Assembly (NCBI RefSeq): GCF_046119375.1
Contig: NW_027362767.1
Coordinates: 41,788,001-41,852,000, forward strand
Origin: Phyllobates terribilis
Lineage: Eukaryota
Direction: 5' to 3'
Length of the DNA stretch: 64,000 nucleotides
Positions 27,201 through 39,700 of the stretch are shown here, piece by piece. Each line of letters begins with the position of its first letter. Positions within the stretch are counted from its first letter, which is position 1. The translations under genes and the position numbers were made by a program. The notes beneath the pieces are model-generated. The model had not been told where the DNA came from and did no database searches. It saw only the letters and a program-made list of their open reading frames with translations.

Positions 27201-29392
27201 CAAATAACATGTAATTTTATTCTATGTGTTATCACAATTACCATTTTGTAAGGTTTATATCGTATTTATATTTTACTACTTTTTAGAAAGCTAAAATATA
27301 ATCCGTTCAGCGATCCCCCCAAAAAAAAAAAAACAGACCATAATATACATAATATAAATATACTATGATGGATATATATATTAAAAACACCCCCCAAAAA
27401 AAAAGAAGTAGAAAAAACATATAACACTAGTAAGTTAATTCAGGAAAAAGTAATATAAGCGAAGCCATAGGGAAATTTGGTGACAATTGTAAAAGGAGGA
27501 GGTTGGCACCCTAATAGGCAACGCAAGATACGGCGCCCCCGCTCGGCGTGGTCCGACTTTAGTCACCCATGCAGAGCCCTAAATACATACTAACAATAAT
27601 CATTTCCTGTAGCAAAAAGGACAATGTGCAACAAAAATACGATACAAAAAATGATAATAATAGCCTGTAGCGGAGAGTATATATACTGACAAGGGAACAA
27701 GTACATGGATAACGGTAATGGCGATGATAAACCTAATGACCATAAGCAGACTGCACTGGTCACATAAACCTATCCACACAAAATAAAGACTAAAATGGGA
27801 CAAAAAAAGGGCAAATCACCCACCACATTCCCAACAGATAAAAAAAAAAAGTGTCCAATATTGCTAGGGAGTTAAAAAGATGGGAGTACTTCACTTCAAG
27901 AACTGTCCCGGATCGTGGCCTTTTTTGGGGGTTTTAATGTATGATATATCCATTAAAGTATTTGATGTTTTTTTTTTTTATATAATAGTAATTGTTTTTT
28001 TTTTGTTGGTCTACTTTAAAAAAAATAAATAACTAAATGTTTAAAAATAATTTTGAAATAATGTTATAATCAGATTGATTGTGTTCTACAAGGGGAGCTG
28101 CATTTCTTATTAATACCATTTCGGGGGAACCAAATGATACATTTTTATTTTTTTACTTAACAAGTGAGAAAAGGAGGAAATTTTCACTTTTATAGTTTGT
28201 AATTTCAATATATATATATATTTTTTTTAATGTAAAGAGTTTTTTACATTTTTTTTTAATGTAGGACTTGAACCTGCGATCCTTTGATCACTGGTACAAT
28301 ATACTTAAATACTTCTGCATGGCCCGGTAGTTGAAGTCTCCCTGACTAACCACTTAGCTGCGTTTCCTATTAATGGCAGCATTTAAGGAGTTAAACTGCT
28401 GTGATAGGAGTTAGCGCCAATCACGGCAATACGTATGAAGTGGCATTAGCTAATGAGCCCGACCCCACTCCATCCATACGACTACTTCTGATTTCCCATA
28501 CGACTACTTCTGACTTCCTATGGTGTCACGTGGGGGTTAAGCATCGTATAATAAAACTTTTTTTTAAAACTTTCCAACATAATTTGAGCTGGCATCTGCA
28601 AGATCTCTGCAAAAATATTGTTGTATAAAATTGATTTTACTAAATAACAATGACCTTCAGTTAAAAAAAAGAAAGAAAAAATATTGTTTTTATCCAGAGA
28701 GAGTAAAAACCTGTACAGACCAACCTATCATACTCCTCAAATCTACACCATCCCCAGCAAAGCAGCCTGATACATTTTGCCTGCACTGATATATTGTAGC
28801 AAACTATCAGGATAGATGAATGGATTATAGCAATGTGATAAACCTGTTAATATGTCATTTATATGAAGGAACCGGACTCACCAGCGCAGAAACAGTTCAT
28901 GCACCAAGTTATCATCCTTCATTGATCTCATCAAAGTGGGTAAACTACCCAGCAAAAAACTGCAAAAAAAAATAAGATAAAAAAATTATTTACAGGATTG
29001 ATGATGAATGTATAATTGCTGGGGGCTGAGACTCTCACCGATCTCTAGCGCAGGGGTCCCAAAGTCCCCTTTGTGAATAAAGAGATAGTGAGTGAGTATG
29101 TGCAACCCCCCAATCCTATAGACTTTAAAAGGAGCAGTGATCGCACATGCTCACTACTACCCCAGTTCTCATGCTCACTAGGGGTCCCTCCACTACAAGA
29201 AAGAGCCATAGGTTATACCCTTTTGCAGTATATGCAGGAACACTTGTGCCCTCACCTGTCTCTGGGGGGTCCGGGGATGTGGTCATACTTCATGTGGATG
29301 TACTGGATGTAAGCGCAGTACAGTAGGAAGCAGACAGCAACCAGGCCCAGCAACAGCAGGAGGGCCCCTGAGATCAGAGACCACAGAGCCAT
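21252..29392 (-). CDS. CYP46A1: Cholesterol 24-hydroxylase-like cytochrome P450, 499 aa; complement(join 29392-29256,28959-28882,26970-26889,26614-26544,26444-26358,26125-25987,25831-25721,24352-24196,23933-23871,23791-23719,22463-22379,22313-22203,21847-21759,21630-21564,21401-21252)
   Basis: 15 GT-AG exons with the CYP46A1 phase pattern, summing to 1500 nt without an internal stop. N-terminal anchor then HIPGPP, I-helix DNFVTFFIAGQETT, ETLR, PDRF, heme motif FSLGPRSCIG. Orthologue versus paralogue is not resolved. Confidence 0.93.
22505..23035 (-). mobile_element. L1-clade LINE 3' fragment in CYP46A1-like intron 10 (same orientation as the gene)
   Basis: Minus-strand IARLLYMARKRIAKNWISATPP then, after a frameshift, SLEKWVYLKRDRSKYFDKLWGLW, typical of the fish/amphibian L1 ORF2 C-terminus. 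AATAAA-A tract at 22510-22502. Confidence 0.78.
23040..23672. repeat. ~86-bp tandem repeat
   Basis: Unit GCAGAATAGTGAGTGCAGCTCTGGAGTATAATACAGGATGTAACTCAGGATCAGTAATGTAATGTATGTACACAGTGACTGCACCA, about 7 copies. Confidence 0.95.
24400..25685. repeat. 37-bp minisatellite filling most of CYP46A1-like intron 7
   Basis: Unit CACACAGGATAGGATTAGATACACTGGCAGGCGGTAT, degenerate at the left end. Confidence 0.95.
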
Positions 29393-30202
29393 GGTGAGGG
29401 GCCACAGGCTGAATGCAGATGTCTGTGTGTTATCTACTGAAGCTCAAGGGAAAATACTCAGGATATAATGAGGAGGGGACGGCTCTATACAACCAGGAAG
29501 GGGCTGATGTTTATGGGGAAAGGAGGGACGGTCGAGCTCATTGTATATGGGGCTGAAGTCCTCGCACAGTAAAAGCAGTAATAATCCAGACTAATCCTCA
29601 GCCTGCAACCCCAGATTAAACCCGAAAATTATAGCTGAATTCTATGTCACAAAATAGTACTATGTGCAACCGGATAGTAGCTGTCTGTGCAGATAACAAG
29701 GCATCACCAAATGTTCTTCTACGTAACGAGGCGTCATAACATGCGGAGCGCCTTGAACAAAGATCTGACGATGGACCTGGTTGGTTCAAGTAATTCAGCT
29801 CACCTTTTCCCGATTGCATAAATTGCTCTTTTTGTGATAGATTTCATATCCATAAAATGTATGTTTTCCATAGTCAAAGCATAATAACATATAGTGCATA
29901 AATAAGACAACCAGACTATACTGATATAATGCCGCCTCAAAATGCATAAATAATGCAACCATGCTATGCTAAAATAATGCTGCCTCAAAATGCATAAATA
30001 ATACAACCAAACTATGCTGAAATAATGCCGCCAAAAAATGCATAAATAATACAACCACACTATACTGAAACCACACTATACCACACTAACCACAGAATGA
30101 AATCACACTATGCTTAAATAATGTAACAGAACTATTCTGTAATAATTCTGCCACAAAATGCATAAATAATGCAACCACACTACACTGAAATGATACCATC
30201 AT

Positions 30203-30766
30203 TGTCACGTAGGTTGTGGGAAAGACTTAGTGCAACACAGAGGGAAGAGGGAAAGGGAGCCCAGACACTAGGGAAAGGGGGGAGTGGAGACCTCCTAGTT
30301 TGGTATAGTGTCACCCTGTCTCAACTTCCTATATTGGCTCTTCACCAATCGCCGCACGCGTGCCTCGCCCTGACTTTCCCTGGCATATGGCTATGGCTAT
30401 GGAAGGGAGGAGATGAGCACTAGTCGATCTCCACTAAACTCTATAGACAAGAAGGATAGACAAACAGGGGAAGAATGCTTAGCTTTAGACGAGTCCAGCC
30501 AAATGCGTACACGGCCTCAAGCTCCAGAGACGACAAAGTACTACTCTTGCTAAAGCCTTCACAAGTAGAAAGGAATATCACCTGCACCTCCCTCTCAGAC
30601 ACACCAGGTATATATACACCCAGGGTAGGGGGCTAATTAGCTAGAGGGAGGTAGCCGCTGGGTCCTAGAGACAGCCAGCCTCTAAGAAGATGTCTGTAAT
30701 GCCAAATGTAGAGATCTGCAACCAACTGCAGGGCGACTGTCTGTCACCTCTGACACACCCGTGACA
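30203..30766. mobile_element. Solo LTR (564 bp)
   Basis: Inverted termini TGTCACG...CGTGACA with a perfect 5-bp TSD ATCAT (30198-30202, 30767-30771). Confidence 0.85.
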
Positions 30767-31587
30767 ATCATACAGTGTTTAAATAATACCACAACACAAT
30801 ACTGAAATAGTAGCACAATACAGAGCTTAAAGGGAACTTCTCCAACCACGGCAGCATGAATCACAGCCTGGCTGCACAATTAATCCCAGGCAGGTATATT
30901 CTTCTCTGACACTCCGTTTCAGTGTTGATCTAGTTAGAAGATCCGGCCGGGGATCTTAGGCAGAGACGAGACTAGTCTAGCACAGTCCCCGGATGGCTTT
31001 TCCCAGCACTGCTCGAGGTGACTGACAGATATGTTATTATGGGACAGACCTGTCAATCAAGTTGAAGCAGCGTTGGCAAAAGCCGGCTGGGACCATGCAC
31101 AGAGATGAGACAAGTCCGGTGCCGCCTCCTTATAACTATATTCTTTCTGAAATGTCAGACATTTCAGAGAACATGTCACTGGCTGGAATGGTGCAGCCAG
31201 GCTCTGATTCATGCTGCCCATTCTGGCTTGGGTAACATGAATTGTGCGACAAGTTCCCTGATATCATACAGTAGTGAAGTAAAGCCACCACTTAAATAAT
31301 ACTGCTACACAGTGCAGTAATAATACCGCCATGCAGTGCTTAAATAATACCACCACACACCACTGAAATAATACCACCTTACAATGCTTACATAATACAA
31401 TCATATAGTACTGAAATATACCAGTACAAGTGCTCAAATAATATTACACACAAGACTGAAATTATTTCACCAACACACGGTACTGAAATATTAGCCTCAA
31501 AAATGTCTAAATAATACCACCATATAGTACTGATAAAAATATCTTCATCAATTTATTCAATTTATTTAAATAGGTATATATTCCCAC

Positions 31588-31926
31588 CATGGCTGTGGAG
31601 TCGGTATGCCAAACCTCCGACTCCTCAATTTCCATGACACCGACTCTGACTCCACGACTCTGACTCCCTCATACTCGGCTCATGTGTAAGTGATAAATTT
31701 ACTGCAGCACAGATTCATCTCAGCTAAAAGTCCAGACCCTTAGATCAGGAATAGGACAGACATTTATAGGACATTTCATTACTTTCCCAAATTCTTATGA
31801 AAAAAATTTCCCCACAAACTGCACTGAACTACTGCACCCAATTTATTATATATTTTAGGAGTCGGAGTCAGTCCATTTCATACCGACTCCACCAAAATGG
31901 ACACCAACTCCGACTCCACATTCCTG
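31588..31926. mobile_element. hAT-type MITE
   Basis: 8-bp TSD ATTCCCAC on both sides; termini CATGGCTGTGGAGTCGG / CCGACTCCACATTCCTG; internal CGACTCC repeats. Confidence 0.85.
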
Positions 31927-32032
31927 ATTCCCACTTTTGTTGTTTTGTTTGTTTGATTTTTTTTTCAACATAACAATATTGAATCTGTTCAATTCAGGTT
32001 TTCATTAAGAAATGAGAAAGAATTCCAAATAA

Positions 32033-32278
32033 GGCTAAGTGCACACGATGCGTATTTCATGCGTATTTTGTGCGGAAAATTCCACACCATGTCAATTCTT
32101 TGTGCGTTTACGCATGCGGAATTGCCATTTACAATGCAGTAGAAAACGCAAGGCAATTCCGCATGTGCAAAACGCGCGAAAAACGCATGCCAAATTCCGC
32201 ATGCGTTTTCCAGGAAAAAGGACATGCAGAAATGAAGCGGAAATTTCCGCTTCAAATACGCATCATGTGCACTTAGCC
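32033..32278. mobile_element. PIF/Harbinger-type palindromic MITE
   Basis: TIR GGCTAAGTGCAC...GTGCACTTAGCC, flanked by TAA/TAA. Confidence 0.8.
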
Positions 32279-32281
32279 TAA

Positions 32282-32622
32282 GACTATGTGCCCACGATGC
32301 AGAAATGAAGCGGAAAATTTCTGCTTCATTTCTGCATGTCCTTGCCCGGAAAAACGCGTGCGGAATTTCACATGCGTTTTTGACATGCGGAATTGCCTTG
32401 CGTTTTTTAATGCATTGAGAAGGCAATTCCGCATGTCAAAAACGCACAAATAATGGACATGCTGTGGATTTTTCCGCACATCAAAAACGCTGCAGAAAAT
32501 TCCGCAGCATGGGCATTGAAAGTGCGGATTGTCATTGGGGACCATAGGGGACGGATTACCAAGCAATTTACAAGTGTTTACGCAGCAAAAACGCTTGAAA
32601 AACGCATCGTGGGCACGCAGCC
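32282..32622. mobile_element. Second Harbinger-type MITE abutting the first
   Basis: GACTATGTGCCCACGATGC...GCATCGTGGGCACGCAGCC, flanked by TAA and sharing the 32279-32281 TAA. Confidence 0.75.
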
Positions 32623-33721
32623 TAAATCCATGTACAGATCAGCAGCCAAAGGTGTCAGTACAAAATACTGACATGACAAGTAGATGATGCTTGAATTTAA
32701 GAAATTTCAATCTGAACCACAATGGTGTCTTCACATAAAGCAAACAGTGTCAGGAGTTAATAGTAAAAGAACCTGTGTTTTTAGAGGATGCATTTTTTTC
32801 CTGTAGTACATATTAAATGCCACCAGATGGCAATAAGACATCACTGTCTGTGGTATATATACTATATATAAACTCAATCCAATTAGCTCCTTGGTAGCAT
32901 TGTTGTAAATACTTTTATGCCCAAAAAGACAAAATTATTCTATGAGCGGATACCTTTATTGACTAACCAGAAAAAAAATGGTAGAATTGTAAAATTAAGT
33001 ATGTTGTGTTCACACAGCTGAGGTTTGTTACACTGTATCAGTCCAGGAAATTCTCTGTGGACTAATCACAGCAGCACATAACTGTGGCCTGATCCTGATG
33101 CTCTTAATACATTGCAGCAAACTCTCAGCTGTGTGTGTACATCTGGGTTAGGAGGGGGAGTTCAGCTTCTGGATACAAGATCACGCAAAGTATATTACAA
33201 AGTGCATTTAAAGTTGCAGAACTTTTTAAATTACGTAATATTTAAGCATTTTCTCCTATTCTATGATATTTTATTGCACTTCTGTTTTATGTAGACTATT
33301 TTATTTATATTAATTGCAAAGTGATTAATAAACTTTTTGTTGGCAGTGAAAAACCTTGTCTCATACATCACAATATTTCCCTTTTGGAGGATGAAAATAC
33401 CATAGGATTGTGTTAATAAAAGTGTGCAAATATTTGCCTGTCTTGTGTGTTCGTCAGGACCCTAGAATGTTTCTGCTGCATCTTTTCCATTGCTGTTCCT
33501 ACATATACCCACTAGGTGGCAGCACAGAGCTGACTGTACCCAGGGATCAAAAGTTTGCAGAGTGAGGTCAGGTAAGGGATGAGTTTTATTAGACCCTCCT
33601 CAGTGGGTGTCCACAGTCCCATTAACCCACCCCATTAAACCAAACAGGGGCAGGCATTCCTTTCCTAATGAACTCATTTACAGTAAGAGGACAGAGGTGA
33701 CAAGTTGCCCAGAAGAGCACA

Positions 33722-36700
33722 ATGAAAGGACAAATCATCCTCTCTGCGGCCGCCCTCACTCTCATAGCTTTATGGCTGAAGTTCTCCTTCCCTGGAGGAT
33801 ATTCATATGAGCCATTCCTTTATTCCCAACGCAGCCGGCAAATGAGGCGAGAAATTATGGAGAGACGCAAGGATTTGGTATTTTTTTATCAGACCCTATT
33901 GGAAACTAAAGGTATCGGCCCAGAGGAGGTCATGAGAGTTATGGAGGTGGCCATTGAGGTTCCTCAGAGACTCACCTGCCAGGATCTTGCCCATATTACA
34001 GGACTGGATTATATCGGATCAGGTTTTACCAAGATGGTTGTAAAAGGAACTTTACTGAATGGCAAATCCATGGCCCTCAAGTCCGTGCACGGGGAAGGCA
34101 GTGATGTGAAGCAATGTGTGCGCCAATATGGGGACCACGCTGGGTGCCACCGACTGGCCACATACAAGCTGCAGAAGGAGATTGCTCTGCTGCAGATCCT
34201 CCGCCACCCGGGGATAATCCAGGTAAATAACAATCATTTTTATTTATATAGCGCCAACATATTCCGCAGCACTGACAACCACATCCGAGAGGTCAATATG
34301 TCATTGCATCCCATACAGAATGCAGAGAGTTCCAGACTGGATGATATCTGCATTGTGATCCTATAAATTATGGGGGCTTATTGGCTCGATGCAGTGGTCA
34401 TTGGTTTGTAGAGATGTCGTGGCTGATTGGTGCCCGACTGGCATTGAGATCTAAAAGTAAAGTATTGTCATCAGAAGCGGAAATGGCACCAGGAGCAGAA
34501 AATACGGCTACGTTCACGCTGAGTTTTTTGAGGATTTTCTTGCGGATCCTCACCAAAATCCTTCTCAAAAACGCTTTCTATTAATTTCTCTGGGAAATCC
34601 ACTTTGCTGTTCATTTGAGTTTTTTGAGCGTTTTGGGGTTTTATAAAACGCCTGGTGGAAAAAAAGAGCGCATGAAACGGGTCCAGATGTAATCCGCTCC
34701 ACACTAGTCACTGTCCAATCAGAAGTCTGTAATTATATATAGATTTATAGCTATACAGGCTACATGGTGAACTGTGATTGGAGCGGAGTTTGGTCGCCCA
34801 AGTGATGAGATGAGACCCCCTTATTCCAGATCCATATTCTGGCGGGCTCCGCTGTCCACTCCTCTTGAATATTACAGATCATTAGAGCGTCCAGACATCA
34901 AAGCCACCCCATAAGTAAGAGATGTAACGATATGAGAGACGTAATTAGTGACTGCTTCACCTCCCTGCTGTCATCTTTATACTCCCCCATCCAACCCCCC
35001 GATTAGCTCTGGACAGGGAATCTGTAAATACAACAAGACAAGAGCCAACCATGGATTTCACATCCAGTTTCATCTGCGGGCACCTTCTGATGAGTTTTAT
35101 GGACATTGATGAGATCAATAGGGATCAACATTAATTCTCAGAAATGGTTGGAGTCCTGGGTGGATTGTCCAATCTTGATTTTCCCAATACCTTCAGCCTT
35201 TAGGGGGCTGATGTCTCGTAGACATGGTTAGTGGCCCTAGACATCGCTCAGCAATGGGTCTGAAGACCTTTACCGGTGGTCGGAGACCATGTGGAGTCAT
35301 CTCCTACCAAACTGTGCGGTGTCAATCACTTTGGTTTTCAAGTTGCCCCAGAGAGTATGGGGTGGGCGCCTTATTGCAGTGGTGCAGCCCCATAATGACG
35401 GTCATCGGCTGAGGCGATAAGGCCATGTCCATTTCTGGCCAGTTTTGGGGGTCACAGTTTGAACCAGAAGAACATTTGCCATAAGAAAGGAAAAAAAGAT
35501 CAATCCATTTGAACTATTGATCAGTTCTTGGCTATGGGAATTGAATACTTTTCAGGGTAAACTTAAAGGGATTGTTCATTGTCTTGCAGGGAACTTTTTT
35601 TAACACGTAGCTTAATGAAATCAATAGTTGAGTATCTATTACATGATTAAGACCCCCAATATCTCCATGACATCTATGATGTACATTAATAGAGCTATGA
35701 GCCCTGAAGTGACCAAGATTGTATGTCAATCTCACGGCTCATCAGGACACTTCCTTAGATAAACATGGCCGCTTTACACTTTCTAAAGGACACCCCCGAT
35801 GCTGTGTATATCATAATATACATATATACAGCATCTCCGCAAAGCATCGCTTCCACCAGCAATATTACAAGGATTAAAGTGTCTGTATGGGAGAGCTGAG
35901 TGACTACTAATATGGCCACCATTACTACTTTTACAGGGGTTGTTGCCCACCTTTCCCAACCTTTTGATGAGGCCCTTCACCCTTGGCTTCTACTCATGGT
36001 TGCCTGGGCATCTACTCATGGTTGTCTGGGCATCTACTCATGGTTGCCTTGGCTTCTACTCATGGTTGCCTGGGCATCTACTCATGGTTGCCTGGACATC
36101 TACTCATGGTTGCCTGGGCATCTACTCATGGTTGCCTGGGCATCTACTCATGGTTGTCTGGGCATCTACTCATGGTTGTCTGGGCATCTACTCATGGTTG
36201 CCTTGGCTTCTACTCATGGTTGCCTGGACATCTACTCATGGTTGCCTGGGCATCTACTCATGGTTGCCTGGGCATCTACTCATGGTTGCCTGGGCATCTA
36301 CTCATGGTTGCCTGGGCATCTACTCATGGTTGCCTGGGCATCTACTCATGGTTGCCTGGACATCTACTCATGGTTGCCTGGGCATCTACTCATGGTTGCC
36401 TGGGCATCTACTCATGGTTGCCTGGGCATCTACTCATGGTTGCCTGGGCATCTACTCATGGTTGCCTGGGCATCTACTCATGGTTTCCCACCTCTTTACA
36501 ATTTGTTTTTCTCTCTTTGCAGTTACATGGCCAGTGCTATGTTAATAGCGCCCCCTCTGACATCAGGGTCACAGCAATGCTGGAACTTGGATCTCCCCTG
36601 GAGATGATTCAGCTCCTGCAAACCCCCTGGGAGGAGAGATTTAAAGTAAGTGAAGGCAAACAATGGTGATTGTTCTAGTGGCCATGCCTGGTAGGTGATA

Positions 36701-39700
36701 TTAACCATCTAAACAGCTGGGAACTGCTTGCAGCCCATTACACCTCTGCCCAATGCAATCTCCCTCCAGCTGTGCGATGGTTAATGAGTAAAGGATTCCC
36801 CCAAGCAAAAGAGATTACCATAGAGGTCTGTGCAAACAGCCTGCTAAATGTCCTGCAATGTCCCCTCTGCAGGGACACAGGGGGTGGGTGAGCGGCCATT
36901 TACAATTCACAGCTCAGATCTGTGTTTGTATAAGTGGCCCTGTAAACAGGCCAGAGGTCACGCAGAAGCCATTATACTGTAAGATACAGAGGGCAGAAAG
37001 GGAATTTTTATGGCACCACATTCCTCATATTAACTTATGGAAACCAAAGCGTGAAACCTTAGCTCCACAAGGAATCCTCCTAATTTACACCTTGGTCTCA
37101 CATTGCCCAGCAGACCCTGACCGAGAATGCATCCGTTCACTGACAACAAGCAGAGATCTTTAAAAATGAAGAAAGTTGCAGAAAAAAGTCCCTTAAGGAC
37201 TGGATTCCTTTTTGCCTCCACTTTTTCCAAGTGCCATAACATTTTAGCCATGTCAGGGTTTGATTTTTTTGCGGGACAAGTTGTAGTGTTGAATAATACC
37301 ATTCGTTTTATCATTTAATGTACTGAAAATGGAAAGAAATTCCAAGTGTGAAAAAAAAAACCACAATTCCTTCCCCTGTTTTTTTGGGTTTTGTTTTTTA
37401 CAGCGTTCATTATATGGTAAAAATGTCCTGGTTACATGATTCCCCAGGTCAGTGTGATTACGGCGATACCAAAGTTGTATAGCTTATTTTCTATATATTA
37501 GTTTAAAAAAAAAACAAAAACAGAACTTTGTTAAAAAAAATAGTTTGCCTCTCTTTTCTGAGAACCGTAACGTTTTCATTTTCCCTTTGATGGAGCCATG
37601 TGAGGGCTTGTTTTTTTGCACATCAATTTATAGTATTAGTATCATTTTATACAGTACAAGTGCTTCTCACAAAATTAGAATATCATCAAAAAGTTAATTT
37701 ATTTCAGCCATAATCATCAACATTAACAGAAATAAACACGTGAAATAGATCACTCTGTGTGTAATAACTCTATATAATAGGAGTTTCACTTTTTGTATTG
37801 AAGAACTGAAATAAATTAACTTTTTGATGAAATTCTAATTTAGTGAGAAGCACCTGTATATGTGATCATTGCTTTTGATTAATTGTATTTTGTGGGTAAA
37901 GTCTGGTGTCCCCCCCAAAAAAAACTGAAAAATCTGTCAATTTTATTTTTTTTATTTATTTTATGAAATAATTATTTTCAGATTTTATTAGTTCTTTTTT
38001 ATACTTTTTTTCACACTTTTAATTAGTCCCCTAAGGGGACTTGAACCTGAAATCACTTGATCCCCCATGCAAAGCAAAGGCCGGGCTTCATAGATCCCCA
38101 ACTGTCATGGCAACTGATTGGAACACCATGATCACATTACACGAGGGGCCAATGGCTGTCAGAAGTGACATTTTAAACGCAGCTATCACGCCTGACAGTG
38201 GCATTTAAGAGGTTAAACTGATGAGATTGGAGCTAGCTGTCTGGTGCTGGCTGTGTAGCACAGCAGTCAAGGCCACTCCATACTTGTATATATGACGGCC
38301 ACCACAAAGGCGTTAAAGCTGTAACCACCAGGCAAGAGGTTTAACCTGTGGATTTAAGTGGCTAAATAATGATTGGTCAAGAGGAATGGGAACTTTTTAT
38401 ATAAAGATGCGGCATTTTTCTTGGTCTAAACACTCTATCCATTGAAATAACATGTATGCTCAGCTGAGCTGAACATGCATAAGTATGGGGGCAGATGAGA
38501 GGCCATTTTCTTCAGGAAACCATGGCGATTCCTGCAATTCGGTGGCCTGTTATTCTTGGCAGCCAATCACATTTCAGTTTTCATTTAAAAAATGGCCTCT
38601 GGAAAATGAGAGCTAGAAGATGATTGGTTGCTATGGGCAGCTGCCCCTCTTCTCCCTAGTAACACTTCTCTCCTCCAGCGCTTCTTGATAGATTTATTCT
38701 CACATTTTCATTGTTTTCGAACAGGTCTGTTGGGAATTGGTGCAGTTGCTGCATTATTTGGCAAATTCCCCTCTGGGTTCCATTGCCCTCCTGGATTTCC
38801 AGCCCAGACAGTTTGTCCTGGTGGATGGAAGCCTAAAAGTAACGGACATGGATGATGCCAGCAGCAAGGAGCCGGCGTGTAGACGGGATGCAGACTGCGC
38901 TCTCGCCTTCCCGGCCAGAACATTTACCATGAGCTGCACGGAGGCCGGACGGTGCATGGGGTCCAACGAGAAGAGGAACCTCTATAATGCGTACAGGTAT
39001 AACGCTGACCCTAATAAACCGTCTCACAGGCTGGGAACAGCAGACATAACCCTAAATCCTGTAGTAAACACGTCCTAAAATGGGACGCTGTGTGGCACCA
39101 TCGCTAATCACCAGTGTTTTCCGACAACTTTGGGCGATGTTTATATGTACATTTGGGGTCATTCACAGCCTCGTGGGTAATGGTCATTTTTGATGTTTCA
39201 GATTTTTCTTCACTTACCTCTTGCCTCACGCCGCTCCTCCCGCCCTGCGGCCACTTCTGGAAGACATCATGAATGTGACAGGTATGTCTCCTCCATAGGT
39301 GCAGGGTGGGCTACAGATGAATGGGGGGGTTTACAGGTTCTGATGCTGTTTTCACTGTTGTAATTGCAGGAGATTTACATGTCGGGATAAATGAGACCCT
39401 CGAGGCTTTTGAAGACGTATTACACGTGTACAAGTCAGGAATGACTCAAAGCCTGGAGCATCAATTACATAGTGAGGAACTTCTACAGTACCTTTCCAGA
39501 AAAATGGCGCAGCTGTGGCAAAAAATATAGCATGTGTCACCTATTAGTAGTGACTCATCAATGTGTTCTCCAAATGCCTCATCCATAATATTTGCCACAT
39601 GCCCCATCAATAGTATCTACCATATGCCTAATCTATAGTGTCCACCACATGCCTCATGTATAGCGTTATAGCGTCCATCACATGCCTCATCGGTAGTGTC

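Noticed and set aside
21252-29392. CYP46A1-like as a pseudogene (few exons appear in the ORF track)
   Set aside because: All 15 exons were found with canonical splice sites and an open frame.
35900-36669. Three overlapping 200+ aa ORFs
   Set aside because: Translations of the 22-bp repeat; only 36523-36645 is a real exon.
36700-38345. TTAA-flanked piggyBac-like non-autonomous element
   Set aside because: Looks repeat-derived, but I could not define matching termini with confidence.
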